Assembly: GCA_045535515.1 (NCBI GenBank)
Contig: JAZSLT010000017.1
Location: forward strand, 8,931-72,930
Reading direction: 5' to 3'
Length of the DNA: 64,000 bases
From: Clostridia bacterium
GTDB taxonomy: Bacteria > Bacillota > Clostridia > UMGS1883 > UMGS1540
This document shows positions 43,405 to 52,308 of the stretch, one piece after another; positions within the stretch are counted from its first letter, which is position 1; each line of letters starts with the position of its first letter. The position numbers and the translations under genes were made by a program. The notes beneath the pieces were generated by a model that saw nothing but the letters and a program-made list of their open reading frames with translations, ran no database searches and was not told the DNA's origin.

Positions 43405-44604
43405 TTACTCCCTCAAAAACTTTTTCATAAGTATATAGCCGGGGTCAATCATTTCGCCGCCCGCGGCACTTTTTTCCGTAAATTCCGCCTTCCCCATTTT
43501 AGGTGCGCGGCTATCATACAAAAGGCACGGCACCGGGTCGCGCGCGTGGGTTTTCGTGCAAAGGGGCGTTGGATGGTCGGGCAGAACGAGCACGCGAAAT
43601 GCCTCGCCCTTTTTCTCGAGCGCCTCTTTGATAGGTCCTGCCACAAATTCGTCAATAAGCTCTATGGCAAGCACCTTATTTTCCGCCTCGCCGCGGTGGC
43701 CGCACTCGTCGGGCGCTTCCATGTGTACATACACAAGGTCGCATCCGTCCTCGCAAAGTGCGCGGATGGCCGCCTCGGCCTTGCCTTTGAAGTTTGTATC
43801 GATATTCCCCGTCACATTTTCCACATCCATAACCTGCATGCCGGCTAAATGACCGATGCCACGCACCAAATCCACCGCGGAAATCACGGCGCCGCGCTTT
43901 CCATAGGTTTCATAAAAATCGGGAAGTGCCGGTTTCTTGCCTTCGCCCCAAATCCAGAGCGAATCGGCCGTATGCAGACCCTTTGCCCTTCTTTGGATAT
44001 TGACCGGATGGTCCTTTAAAATCTCGCGGCTCTCTTCCATAATGCCGCGGAGAATTTCATTTGTGGGGAGATACTCTGCCACAGGTCTGTCGGAAATATC
44101 ATGCGGCGGAGTAAGCGTGCCGATATCCTCGGCGTTTTTCCAGACCAGAAGGTGCCGGTAGCTGATACCGGCATATAGCGAAAAGCCTTTACGCACGAGC
44201 TTTTCCTGTAAGGTCTTAATAAGTTCGCGCGCTTCCTCGGTGGAAATTTCACCGGCGCTGTAGTCGAGCATCGAAAGCGCCCGATATTCGCCTTCTCCCC
44301 CGAGGCTTACTAAATTAGCACGAAACGAGGTTTCGTCCTCTGAAAGCGTTACCCCGATGCTGGCCGCCTCCAAGGGAGAGCGCCCTGTATAGCAGTCCGC
44401 GGTATTATACCCCATTACCGTAAGGTTTGCCACATCGCTGCCGGGCTTTAAATTATCCGGCACCGTTTTCACCAAAAACTGTTCTCCGGCCGCCGCCATG
44501 CCGTCTATGCAAGGCTTTTTGGCTACCTCCATCGGCGTTTTGCCGGAAAGTGCCTCGACCGGATAGTCGGCCATGCCGTCGGCCAAAATGACTACATATT
44601 TCAT
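43405..44604 (-). CDS. Cofactor-independent phosphoglycerate mutase family protein (ApgM-like metalloenzyme superfamily)
   Basis: 399 aa with N-terminal VVILADGMADYP and later HMEAPDECGHRG and LPDHPTP motifs. Confidence 0.75.
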   Translation of the reverse strand: MKYVVILADGMADYPVEALSGKTPMEVAKKPCIDGMAAAGEQFLVKTVPDNLKPGSDVANLTVMGYNTADCYTGRSPLEAASIGVTLSEDETSFRANLVSLGGEGEYRALSMLDYSAGEISTEEARELIKTLQEKLVRKGFSLYAGISYRHLLVWKNAEDIGTLTPPHDISDRPVAEYLPTNEILRGIMEESREILKDHPVNIQRRAKGLHTADSLWIWGEGKKPALPDFYETYGKRGAVISAVDLVRGIGHLAGMQVMDVENVTGNIDTNFKGKAEAAIRALCEDGCDLVYVHMEAPDECGHRGEAENKVLAIELIDEFVAGPIKEALEKKGEAFRVLVLPDHPTPLCTKTHARDPVPCLLYDSRAPKMGKAEFTEKSAAGGEMIDPGYILMKKFLRE

Positions 44605-45332
44605 CTTTTTCTCGCCACCTCAAACATAAAAAGCGCCGCCGCAACGGACGCATTTAAGGATTCCGTCTGCCCACGCATCGGAATTTTTACCAGAAAATCA
44701 CATTTTTCCCGTACCAGACGGCTCATGCCTTCGCCCTCGCTGCCAACTACAATGGCCACCGGCCCCGTAAGGTCGGCTGCAAATAAAGAGGTATCGCCTC
44801 TGCCGTCCGCGCCCGAAATCCAGATGCCTTCTTTTTTCAGGTCATCCATAACCTTGGGAAGGCTTGCCACACGCGCGACCGGCATAAAGGAAGCCGCCCC
44901 CGCGGAAACCTTATCCACCGTGGCATTTACGCCCACGCCATCGTGTTTGGAAATGATAACGCCATGTGCGCCGGCAGCGGATGCAGAGCGGATAATGGCA
45001 CCGAGATTATGCGGGTCGCAAATGCGGTCGCAAAGGATTAAAAACGGCGCTTCGCCCATTTCTCTTGCCTTAGAGAGCATTTCGTCCACCATCACATACC
45101 CATAAAGGCTGGCCTGCGCCACGACGCCCTGGTGGTTGCCGCCACCTGCCAGAAGGTCAAGCCGCGGCTTGTCCGCCTCTGAAACGACAATGCCAGCCTT
45201 CTTGGCCATGGCGGCAATTTTCCCGAGGGTAGGGTCGGGCGCACCCTGCCGTATGTAAATCTTATCTATGCTGCGCCCAACCTTCAAGGCCTCCAAAACG
45301 GGATTTCGGCCAAAAATTACATTCTCACTCAT
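44601..45332 (-). CDS. rlmB: 23S rRNA 2'-O-ribose methyltransferase, TrmH/RlmB family
   Basis: 243 aa with GRNPVLEAL, DPHNLGAIIRSA and SLNASVAAA. Confidence 0.8.
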   Translation of the reverse strand: MSENVIFGRNPVLEALKVGRSIDKIYIRQGAPDPTLGKIAAMAKKAGIVVSEADKPRLDLLAGGGNHQGVVAQASLYGYVMVDEMLSKAREMGEAPFLILCDRICDPHNLGAIIRSASAAGAHGVIISKHDGVGVNATVDKVSAGAASFMPVARVASLPKVMDDLKKEGIWISGADGRGDTSLFAADLTGPVAIVVGSEGEGMSRLVREKCDFLVKIPMRGQTESLNASVAAALFMFEVARKR

Positions 45333-46543
45333 ATATTGGCAAGGTTGAACTTTTCGTGGATGACGCGGACAGCCGCATCGCCTTCACGGCGCGCCACCAG
45401 CACCGAAACCTTGATTTCGCTTGTAGAAATCATCTTGATATTGATATTGGCATTGTAAAGTGCTTCAAACATCTTGGCGGCTACACCGGGATTGGAAACC
45501 ATGCCGGCACCGACAATCGACACCTTCGCCACATCGGCATCGTGCAAAATACCGCTGGCGCCGATAACTTCCATGTTTTCCTCAAGCGTTTCAAGCGCTG
45601 TCTCCAGAGAGGATTCCGGCACGGTGAAGCTGATGTCCTTCTTGCCGTCACGCCCGATAGACTGCAGAATAATATCTACATTGATATTTTTCTTGGCTAA
45701 AATCGAAAACAGGGTAAATGCCTTGCCCGGCTCATCCCCGATATCTGTAAGAGAAATTCTTGCCACATCATTGTCACGCGCTACACCGCGAATAATCATT
45801 TTTTCCACTTTACTTACCTCCTTAACAACTGTGCCCGGTGCTTCCTCAAAGCTCGAGAGCACTTCCATATTTACATTGAATTTCTTGGCTACTTCCACAG
45901 AGCGGTTATGCAGTACATTTGCACCAAGGCTTGCAAGCTCCAGCATTTCGTCATAAGAAATATCGTCCAGCTGTGCCGCGTCCTTTACAATGCGCGGGTC
46001 TGCGGTATATACACCCTTTACATCGGTGTAAATCTGGCAAAGGTCGGCATGCAGAGCCGCCGCCAGCGCTACCGCCGAAGTATCCGAGCCGCCGCGCCCT
46101 AAGGTTGTGATATCCTCGTAGCGGTCAATGCCTTGGAAACCGGCCACAATAACGATTTTCTTCTGGTCCAGCTCGCGCTGAATACGCTCGGTTTTAATGC
46201 TTTCGATGCGGGCGCTTCCATGCTTTGCGTCCGTTCTTACGCCGGCCTGCCAGCCTGTCAGGCTGATAACGGGCGCGCCGAGCTTTTCAAGAGCCATCGC
46301 CAGAAGGGACATGGAAATCTGTTCGCCGCTGGAGAGCAGTACATCCATTTCCCGCTTGGAAGCCGAAGGATTAATTTCCTTCGCCTTCTCGATAAGGTCA
46401 TCCGTTGTGTCGCCCTGTGCCGAAACGACCACGACGACGGAATCACCCTTGTCGTAATACGACTTAATTCTGTTCGCCACGCGAAATACGCGCTCGGCAT
46501 TTGCCACAGAAGAGCCGCCGAATTTTTGTACGATAAGTGCCAT
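45329..46543 (-). CDS. Aspartate kinase
   Basis: 404 aa with VQKFGGSS, GRGGSDTSAV and two C-terminal ACT domains. Confidence 0.9.
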   Translation of the reverse strand: MALIVQKFGGSSVANAERVFRVANRIKSYYDKGDSVVVVVSAQGDTTDDLIEKAKEINPSASKREMDVLLSSGEQISMSLLAMALEKLGAPVISLTGWQAGVRTDAKHGSARIESIKTERIQRELDQKKIVIVAGFQGIDRYEDITTLGRGGSDTSAVALAAALHADLCQIYTDVKGVYTADPRIVKDAAQLDDISYDEMLELASLGANVLHNRSVEVAKKFNVNMEVLSSFEEAPGTVVKEVSKVEKMIIRGVARDNDVARISLTDIGDEPGKAFTLFSILAKKNINVDIILQSIGRDGKKDISFTVPESSLETALETLEENMEVIGASGILHDADVAKVSIVGAGMVSNPGVAAKMFEALYNANINIKMISTSEIKVSVLVARREGDAAVRVIHEKFNLANI

Positions 46544-46558
46544 ATTCGTTCTTCCTTT

Positions 46559-47740
46559 CTACATCCGGATACACTTTTTCACGCCTTCGCGCTTTAAAAG
46601 CCTTTCCAATTCGCTTTCTTTATAGTTACGGAGAATATACCCCTTTTCCCCTTCGAGCCCGATGTCCACGCAGGTAGCATCTTCGATTTCCACGCGGCTT
46701 CGTACAAGGCAGGTCGTTTTCGTTTCCGCAAGCGGCGTTACATACGCGGAATCGCCCATTTCCCAGTCGAGACGGCGGTTTTCCGTGATGCCGCGCGCGA
46801 TATCGATAACATCCGATACCACAGCGCTTGCGGTGGGCAGCTTTCCTGCGCCGCTGCCGTAGAGCATCACATCGCCGACATTATCGCCTGTCAGCATAAT
46901 GGCATTGAATACATCCCTTACGCTCGCGAGCGGGTTATCGTTTGCAATCAGCATGGGAGAAACGCGGGCAAACACCTTATCCTCCCCAATTCTGGCAAGG
47001 CCGATAAGCTTAATGCTGCAGCCAAGCGCCTCGGCGTATTCCACATCCTCCGGCTCAATGGAGGAAATGCCTTCGGTGGAAATCTTCGTATAATCTACAT
47101 CCTTGCCGAAAATGAGCGAAGCCAAAATGGCAATTTTGCGGCAGGTATCGTGTCCCTCTACATCCGCTGTGGGGTCCGCCTCGGCATACCCCTTCTTCTG
47201 TGCATCGGCAAGTGCCGTTTCAAAAGGCTGGCCCTCGTCAATCATCTTCGTCAGAATATAATTGGTGGTGCCGTTTAAAATACCCATAACGCGCGTGATG
47301 CGATTGGCGGCAAGGCAGGTGCCTATGGGGCGGATAACGGGAATACCGCCGCCCACGCTGGCCTCATAACGGTAAAACACGCCCTTTTCTCTGGCCAGCT
47401 GAAAAAGCTCGGCGCCTTTCGCGGCCACCAGCGCCTTGTTGGAGGTGACTACGCTTTTGCCGTGCAGAATAGCCTCCCGCGTGAAGGTGTAGGCAGGCTC
47501 AATGCCGCCCATCATTTCCACCACAACGGAAACGGAGTCATCCGTCAGGACATCCTGATAATCCTTTGTGAAAAGGTGCGCCGCCTCATGCGACGAAAAA
47601 TCGCGGATTTCCACGATATACTTGATGTTTATCGCTTCGCCCACTCTTCCGGCGATAATTTCGCCGTCCTTTTTCAAAACCTCATACACACCGCTTCCTA
47701 CGGTGCCAAATCCCAAAATAGCTATATTTATCATACGCAC
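46559..47740 (-). CDS. hom: Homoserine dehydrogenase
   Basis: 393 aa with the GFGTVGSG NAD fold, the EASVGGGIP motif region and a C-terminal ACT-like domain. Confidence 0.9.
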   Translation of the reverse strand: MRMINIAILGFGTVGSGVYEVLKKDGEIIAGRVGEAINIKYIVEIRDFSSHEAAHLFTKDYQDVLTDDSVSVVVEMMGGIEPAYTFTREAILHGKSVVTSNKALVAAKGAELFQLAREKGVFYRYEASVGGGIPVIRPIGTCLAANRITRVMGILNGTTNYILTKMIDEGQPFETALADAQKKGYAEADPTADVEGHDTCRKIAILASLIFGKDVDYTKISTEGISSIEPEDVEYAEALGCSIKLIGLARIGEDKVFARVSPMLIANDNPLASVRDVFNAIMLTGDNVGDVMLYGSGAGKLPTASAVVSDVIDIARGITENRRLDWEMGDSAYVTPLAETKTTCLVRSRVEIEDATCVDIGLEGEKGYILRNYKESELERLLKREGVKKCIRM

Positions 47741-47755
47741 TTTCTCCCTTTCCTG

Positions 47756-48187
47756 TTACTGTTTTCCCAAAACATGCATGGACCGCACGCCTTTTGGCGC
47801 CGACAACGCCTCCATCATTTCCTCAAACTCCATTTGCATCGCTTCCGTTTGCAGCGCGATGGTGATGCTCGCAACGCCGTTTATCGGAATGGTCTGATTA
47901 ATTGTCAGAATATTACAGCCGGCTCGTGCTACAATGCCTAAAATTTCCGAAAGCGTGCCGGGAACATCCATCAGCTCAAAATACACCGACACGATGCCCT
48001 GCATCTCGTTAAACGGAAAAATGTAATCCTTGTACTTATAGTACGCGCTCCGGCTGATGCCGGTAATGCGAACGGCATCGTTTACCGTGGCCGCTTCTCC
48101 GGAACGGAGCAGCTTTTTCGTACGAAGAACCTTGGGAAAGACCTCGGGAAGCACCGATGCGTCCGCCAGCACATATTGTTTCTTCAT
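47756..48187 (-). CDS. ACT-domain protein (UPF0735/PheB-like)
   Basis: 143 aa with an N-terminal HTH-like part (TVNDAVRITGISRSAYYKYK) and an ACT domain. Confidence 0.7.
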   Translation of the reverse strand: MKKQYVLADASVLPEVFPKVLRTKKLLRSGEAATVNDAVRITGISRSAYYKYKDYIFPFNEMQGIVSVYFELMDVPGTLSEILGIVARAGCNILTINQTIPINGVASITIALQTEAMQMEFEEMMEALSAPKGVRSMHVLGKQ

Positions 48188-48264
48188 GCCTTATCCTCCG
48201 CCCTTTCAAAAAAAATATACCTGACCCAAAATGTCTCCGAGTCAAATACATTTGTTTGCAATAT

Positions 48265-48293
48265 AGTATATACGAGTTTCCCGTTTTTGTCAA
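48265..48293 (-). promoter_or_regulatory. Sigma-A promoter of the ACT-hom-ask operon
   Basis: On the minus strand: TTGACA (48288-48293), 17 nt, TATACT (48265-48270). Confidence 0.65.
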
Positions 48294-48393
48294 TACTTTT
48301 CCCGAAATTCCTTCATTTTTGCTATTTTTACCCGAATCGCATCCCAAACGGAAACAGAAAACCAACAAATTGCCCTGTTTTTGCGGAATTTAT

Positions 48394-48421
48394 TTGACTT
48401 TTCGCAATTTTATGTTATAAT
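48394..48421 (+). promoter_or_regulatory. Sigma-A promoter (extended -10) of the PqqD/ABC cassette
   Basis: TTGACT (48394-48399), 16 nt, TGtTATAAT (48413-48421). Confidence 0.65.
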
Positions 48422-48471
48422 AAACATAAGTAGAACGCAAAACAAGGTGTTTTGCGAAAGGAGTTTTTAAA

Positions 48472-48915
48472 ATGAAAAAATTACTGGCTCTTCTTCTCGT
48501 ATTTTGCATACTTTCGCCCACGGCGGCGCTGGCCGGAAACGATGTGGCCGTACATATTAACGGTACGCCTGTGCAGTTTGATGTGCCGGCACAGATTATC
48601 GGGGACCGCACCATGGTTCCGATGCGAAAGATTTTTGAAACCTTTTTGGCTACGGTAGAATGGATGCCGGATACACAGACCATTCTGGCTACCCGTGGCA
48701 GTATGATTATCGTTATGCAAATCGGGGAGCCTGTCCTTAGTGTTTCCGACCTGGAAACAGGCGAAGTGAAATCCTATACAATGGATGTGCCGCCCTGCAT
48801 CGTTACCGGCCCCGAAGGCGGCCGCACGCTCGTTCCCGTTCGTGCGATTTCCGAAAGCCTCGGTATGCAGGTTGGATGGGACGACCTTACCCGTACCGTT
48901 TTGATTTCCGAATAA
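48472..48915 (+). CDS. Secreted protein with a copper-amine-oxidase N-terminal-like (stalk) domain
   Basis: It has a signal peptide MKKLLALLLVFCILSPTAALA. Two half-repeats carry the GDRTMVPMR / GGRTLVPVRAISESLG...W motifs. Confidence 0.6.
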   Translation: MKKLLALLLVFCILSPTAALAGNDVAVHINGTPVQFDVPAQIIGDRTMVPMRKIFETFLATVEWMPDTQTILATRGSMIIVMQIGEPVLSVSDLETGEVKSYTMDVPPCIVTGPEGGRTLVPVRAISESLGMQVGWDDLTRTVLISE

Positions 48916-48919
48916 GTTT

Positions 48920-49621
48920 ATGCTGGTGCGACTCGCAGATTTAAATATCTGCATCGAAAACCGACATCCCTATACAGCACTTCTCTGCCGCGATTATCTG
49001 GCCAAAGAGGCCGCGGCAGATTTTTGCGTGTCTGCAACCGAGGAGGAGATTTTGGCAGAGGACTGCGGCCGTGACATGCCGGACTATGCCGAAAGCCTCG
49101 CTATCTATCGCAAAATTGCCGAGAGAATCGTGGGATATGACGGTTTTTTAATGCACGGCGTTGTTTTAGAGGTAGAGGGACGAGGCGTTGCCTTTTTAGC
49201 CCGAAGCGGCGTTGGGAAATCGACGCATGCCGCCTTCTGGCAGGAAAGAATGGGAGATGCCGTTACGGTTATTAACGGGGATAAGCCCCTCATTCGTTTT
49301 ATCGGCAACACGCCTTATGCCTACGGCACGCCCTGGGCCGGCAAGGAAGGGTGGAACAAAAACGCGCGCACGCCGCTTTCCGCCGTATGCTTTCTGTCGC
49401 GGAGTGAAGAAAACATCGTAACGCCCATGCCGAAGGAGGAGGTTCTTTTCTCCCTGCTTCCACAAATTTATGTGCCCGGAGACGGGCAGAAGGCCTCTCG
49501 CCTTCTGGATTTATTGGCCCGTTTTATAGAAAACACAGCGTTTTATTCTGTTCGTTGCAACAAGAGCGCCGAGGCGGCGGAGGTTTGCTACCGCGCTCTT
49601 TTTGCGGAAGGAAAAAAGTAA
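48920..49621 (+). CDS. HPr-kinase-like P-loop protein (peptide-maturation-associated kinase candidate)
   Basis: 233 aa. MHGVVLEVEGRGVAFLARSGVGKSTHA resembles the HprK C-terminal P-loop core. Confidence 0.45.
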   Translation: MLVRLADLNICIENRHPYTALLCRDYLAKEAAADFCVSATEEEILAEDCGRDMPDYAESLAIYRKIAERIVGYDGFLMHGVVLEVEGRGVAFLARSGVGKSTHAAFWQERMGDAVTVINGDKPLIRFIGNTPYAYGTPWAGKEGWNKNARTPLSAVCFLSRSEENIVTPMPKEEVLFSLLPQIYVPGDGQKASRLLDLLARFIENTAFYSVRCNKSAEAAEVCYRALFAEGKK

Positions 49622-50065
49622 ATGCAGGGTATAGAAAGTATTTTACGCGAAAAAAAAATATTTATCGGCAAAACCGCCGGCGACAGTATGGAGCCGATGC
49701 TCCGCGAGGGCAGGGATACGGTGATTGTGGTGCCGCCCACCTTTCCGCTTAAAAAGGGCGATGTGCCGGTATACAGAAAAAGCGGGCATTATACGATGCA
49801 CCGCATTGTCCGCAAAACGCGCCGCGGCTATATTATCTGCGGCGACAACCGCGTTATCCCCGAGCGGGATGTGCGCGAGGAGGATATCATTGGCGTTCTG
49901 GCCGCTTTCTATCACGGGGAAACCTATGTTTCCTGTACCGATGCGGCCTATATCCGGTATACGAAGAAGGTGTGCCGCGCGTATCCGCGCCGCCTTTTTC
50001 GCTCTTTTTTAACAAGAATTGTACGAAAAATTAAAAATATTTGCAAAAAGGAGAATGTAAAATGA
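49622..50065 (+). CDS. S24/S26-family serine peptidase (LexA/signal-peptidase fold), no TM segment
   Basis: GDSMEPML Ser motif, with a downstream Lys in HRIVRK. 147 aa. Confidence 0.65.
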   Translation: MQGIESILREKKIFIGKTAGDSMEPMLREGRDTVIVVPPTFPLKKGDVPVYRKSGHYTMHRIVRKTRRGYIICGDNRVIPERDVREEDIIGVLAAFYHGETYVSCTDAAYIRYTKKVCRAYPRRLFRSFLTRIVRKIKNICKKENVK

Positions 50066-50316
50066 AACTGAAATCCGGCTTTATCGTTCGTAAAATCGTA
50101 AAGGATACGGTGCTGATGGACATGCAGAATACCGAGCGCGTACTGCGTCTGAATGAAACGGCGGCCGATATCCTCACACTTTTGACAGAAGGCCTTTCGG
50201 AGGCGGAAATTGCCGCGCGCATGGCGGAGATGTATGCCATCGATGCGGAAACGGCCACCCGTGATGTGCAGGCTGCTTTGGAGACCTTCCGAACTTTGGG
50301 TGCTATCGAAGACTAA
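50062..50316 (+). CDS. PqqD-family peptide-binding chaperone (RRE domain)
   Basis: 84 aa. LRLNETAADILTLLTEGLSEAEIAARMAEMYAIDAETATRDVQAALETF fits the PqqD pattern. The ATG at 50062 follows AAGGAGAA. Confidence 0.75.
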   Translation: MKLKSGFIVRKIVKDTVLMDMQNTERVLRLNETAADILTLLTEGLSEAEIAARMAEMYAIDAETATRDVQAALETFRTLGAIED

Positions 50317-50337
50317 GACACGGAAAGAGGTCCACGG

Positions 50338-52017
50338 ATGAAAAAGAAAAGCACCATTTTATGGATAGGGAAGCACACAAAGGGGCAGCTCCTGCCCCTA
50401 CTTCTCTTAAGCCTTTGCAGTATGATTACCGCATCGGCTTATGTTCTGCCTGCGCTCCTGTCGCGCCGGATTATCAATACCGCCACCTCTTCTGCCTCGC
50501 TTGCCGCCGCGGCGCCTGCGCTTTTTCGCGACGGTCTTTTTTTGCTTGGCATTATCCTGGTGCAGCTTCTTTTATCCCTTCTTATCAATTTCCTTCGCAC
50601 CAGTATTTCGGGGCGGCTGGAGATTTCGCTTCGGCAAGCCTTCTTCCAAACTATCCTTAGGAAAAACTACAGCGAAATTTCAGGGCTGCATTCCGGCGAA
50701 ATTTTAACGCGCTTTACCTCGGATGTGGAAATTGTGGTAACGGGCATCACCGGTTTTATTCCGCAGATGCTTTCTATCGCCGCAAAGCTTTTGGCCGGTA
50801 TGTTGGTTGTATTTTCCTTCTCGAAACGCTTTGCCATTTTTTCTCTTTGCCTTGGTACATTGATTTTGCTCCTTTCCCTCCTGTTTCGTCCCTATTATAA
50901 ACGGATGCACAAGGCCGTACAGGAGGCTTCCGGCATCTCGCGCAGCTTTGCGCAGGAATGTGTGGAAAATATTGTGGTTATCAAAACCTTTTCGGGAAGG
51001 GCACAGATACTGGGGCGACTGGCTCTGCACATGAAGCGGCTCTTTCGCGTGATTCTCCGCCGCAGTATTGTTTCCAATCTCGTCGGCAACGGCATCTCGC
51101 TCCTTTTTACGCTTGTATATTACGGCACACTCCTTTGGGGCGCCTTTTCGCTTTTACAGGGGGATATGGATTACGGCACGCTCGTAGCCTTTATGCAAAT
51201 CGTTTCGCAGATTCAATCACCGTTTGTAAATGCCTCCTCGCTGATTAGTCAGTTTTACAGCGCGCTGGCCTCGGCAGAGCGGCTGATGGAGCTGGAGGAT
51301 TTTACGGACGAAGAGGAAGATGCCGAGCCGCTTTTAGTCTCTTCGGTATATGAGGATTTAGAGGCGCTTTGCGCGGAGAACCTTTCCTTTCATTACGATA
51401 AAAACGAAATTCTGCGCGATACCAGCTTTTCTCTCCCAAAGGGCAGTATGACGGCGATAACCGGCATCTCCGGCACAGGCAAAAGCACGCTTTTCCGCCT
51501 TTTATTAGGTCTTTTCCCCCCATCTGGCGGGCGCCTTTATGCGAAAACACGAGGCGGCGATGTACCACTTTCTGCCGCCACGCGCCCTCTCTTTGCCTAT
51601 GTGCCGCAGGGGAATTTTCTTCTCTCCGGAACCATTCGCGATAACATCAAGTTCTTAAACCCCGATGTTTCGGACGCGCAAATGGAGGCGGCGGCGAAAG
51701 TGGCCTGTGTGTATGACTTTCTGCCAACGCTAGAGAATGGCTTTGACACGCAAATCGGGGAACGCGGCCACGGCCTTTCCGAAGGACAGGTACAGCGCAT
51801 CGCCGTAGCACGCGCCCTTTGCTCGGATGCCCCGATTTTACTTTTGGACGAATGTACCTCCGCGCTGGACAATCAGACGGAGGAGCGCCTTTTACAAAAT
51901 ATTGCGGCGCTGAAAACAAAAACGGTGTTGTTTATCTCGCACAAAAACGCCGCCTTTTCCTTCTGCGACACGCATCTTGCTATAGAAAATGGCATTTTTC
52001 GGCAGATGGGAATGTAA
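50338..52017 (+). CDS. ABC exporter, fused permease/ATPase
   Basis: 559 aa with an N-terminal 6-TM domain, Walker A GISGTGKST, signature LSEGQVQR and Walker B LLLDE. There is no C39 peptidase domain. Confidence 0.85.
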   Translation: MKKKSTILWIGKHTKGQLLPLLLLSLCSMITASAYVLPALLSRRIINTATSSASLAAAAPALFRDGLFLLGIILVQLLLSLLINFLRTSISGRLEISLRQAFFQTILRKNYSEISGLHSGEILTRFTSDVEIVVTGITGFIPQMLSIAAKLLAGMLVVFSFSKRFAIFSLCLGTLILLLSLLFRPYYKRMHKAVQEASGISRSFAQECVENIVVIKTFSGRAQILGRLALHMKRLFRVILRRSIVSNLVGNGISLLFTLVYYGTLLWGAFSLLQGDMDYGTLVAFMQIVSQIQSPFVNASSLISQFYSALASAERLMELEDFTDEEEDAEPLLVSSVYEDLEALCAENLSFHYDKNEILRDTSFSLPKGSMTAITGISGTGKSTLFRLLLGLFPPSGGRLYAKTRGGDVPLSAATRPLFAYVPQGNFLLSGTIRDNIKFLNPDVSDAQMEAAAKVACVYDFLPTLENGFDTQIGERGHGLSEGQVQRIAVARALCSDAPILLLDECTSALDNQTEERLLQNIAALKTKTVLFISHKNAAFSFCDTHLAIENGIFRQMGM

Positions 52018-52258
52018 AAAATGCGCACACCTCACAAGGCAAAGAAATGGCGTTAAAGCCTGTAAGCAGACACGATCGTTTTCGCAAATAAATGGAGAAG
52101 GAATTCGCCGAGTGACGAATTCCTTCTAATTTTGTTGCCTTGTGTTTTGAACAAACTTCGCCTCTCGGCGTACCCATGTACGCCTTCGGGTAACCGAAAA
52201 CGAGGCTACGCCTTGTTTTCGCTCAGTTTGCCCAATCTGCGCTATTTTTTCCATCCCC
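52008..52258. repeat. Copy B of the ~245-nt structured repeat element
   Basis: It has the same termini and conserved blocks as 36758-37000. Its left end overlaps the last codons and stop of the ABC gene. Confidence 0.65.
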
Positions 52259-52264
52259 AATAAG

Positions 52265-52299
52265 AAAGTGTAGCAAAATGAAAAATTTTGCTACACTTT
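52265..52299. terminator. Bidirectional terminator hairpin between the repeat element and trxB
   Basis: A 15-bp stem AAAGTGTAGCAAAAT / ATTTTGCTACACTTT with T-rich flanks. Confidence 0.7.
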
Positions 52300-52308
52300 T
52301 ATTTTAAT

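Noticed and set aside
48157-48420. ORFs 48157-48420 and 48176-48397 (+) as possible precursor peptides for the PqqD cassette.
   Set aside because: They lie upstream of the cassette promoter and overlap the divergent hom-operon promoter. They have no ribosome-binding site and an implausible Phe/Leu/Ile-rich composition.
48472-52017. Calling the PqqD/HprK-like/ABC cassette a lasso-peptide cluster.
   Set aside because: There is no asparagine-synthetase-like cyclase, no transglutaminase-type leader protease and no precursor ORF. Only the accessory parts are present.
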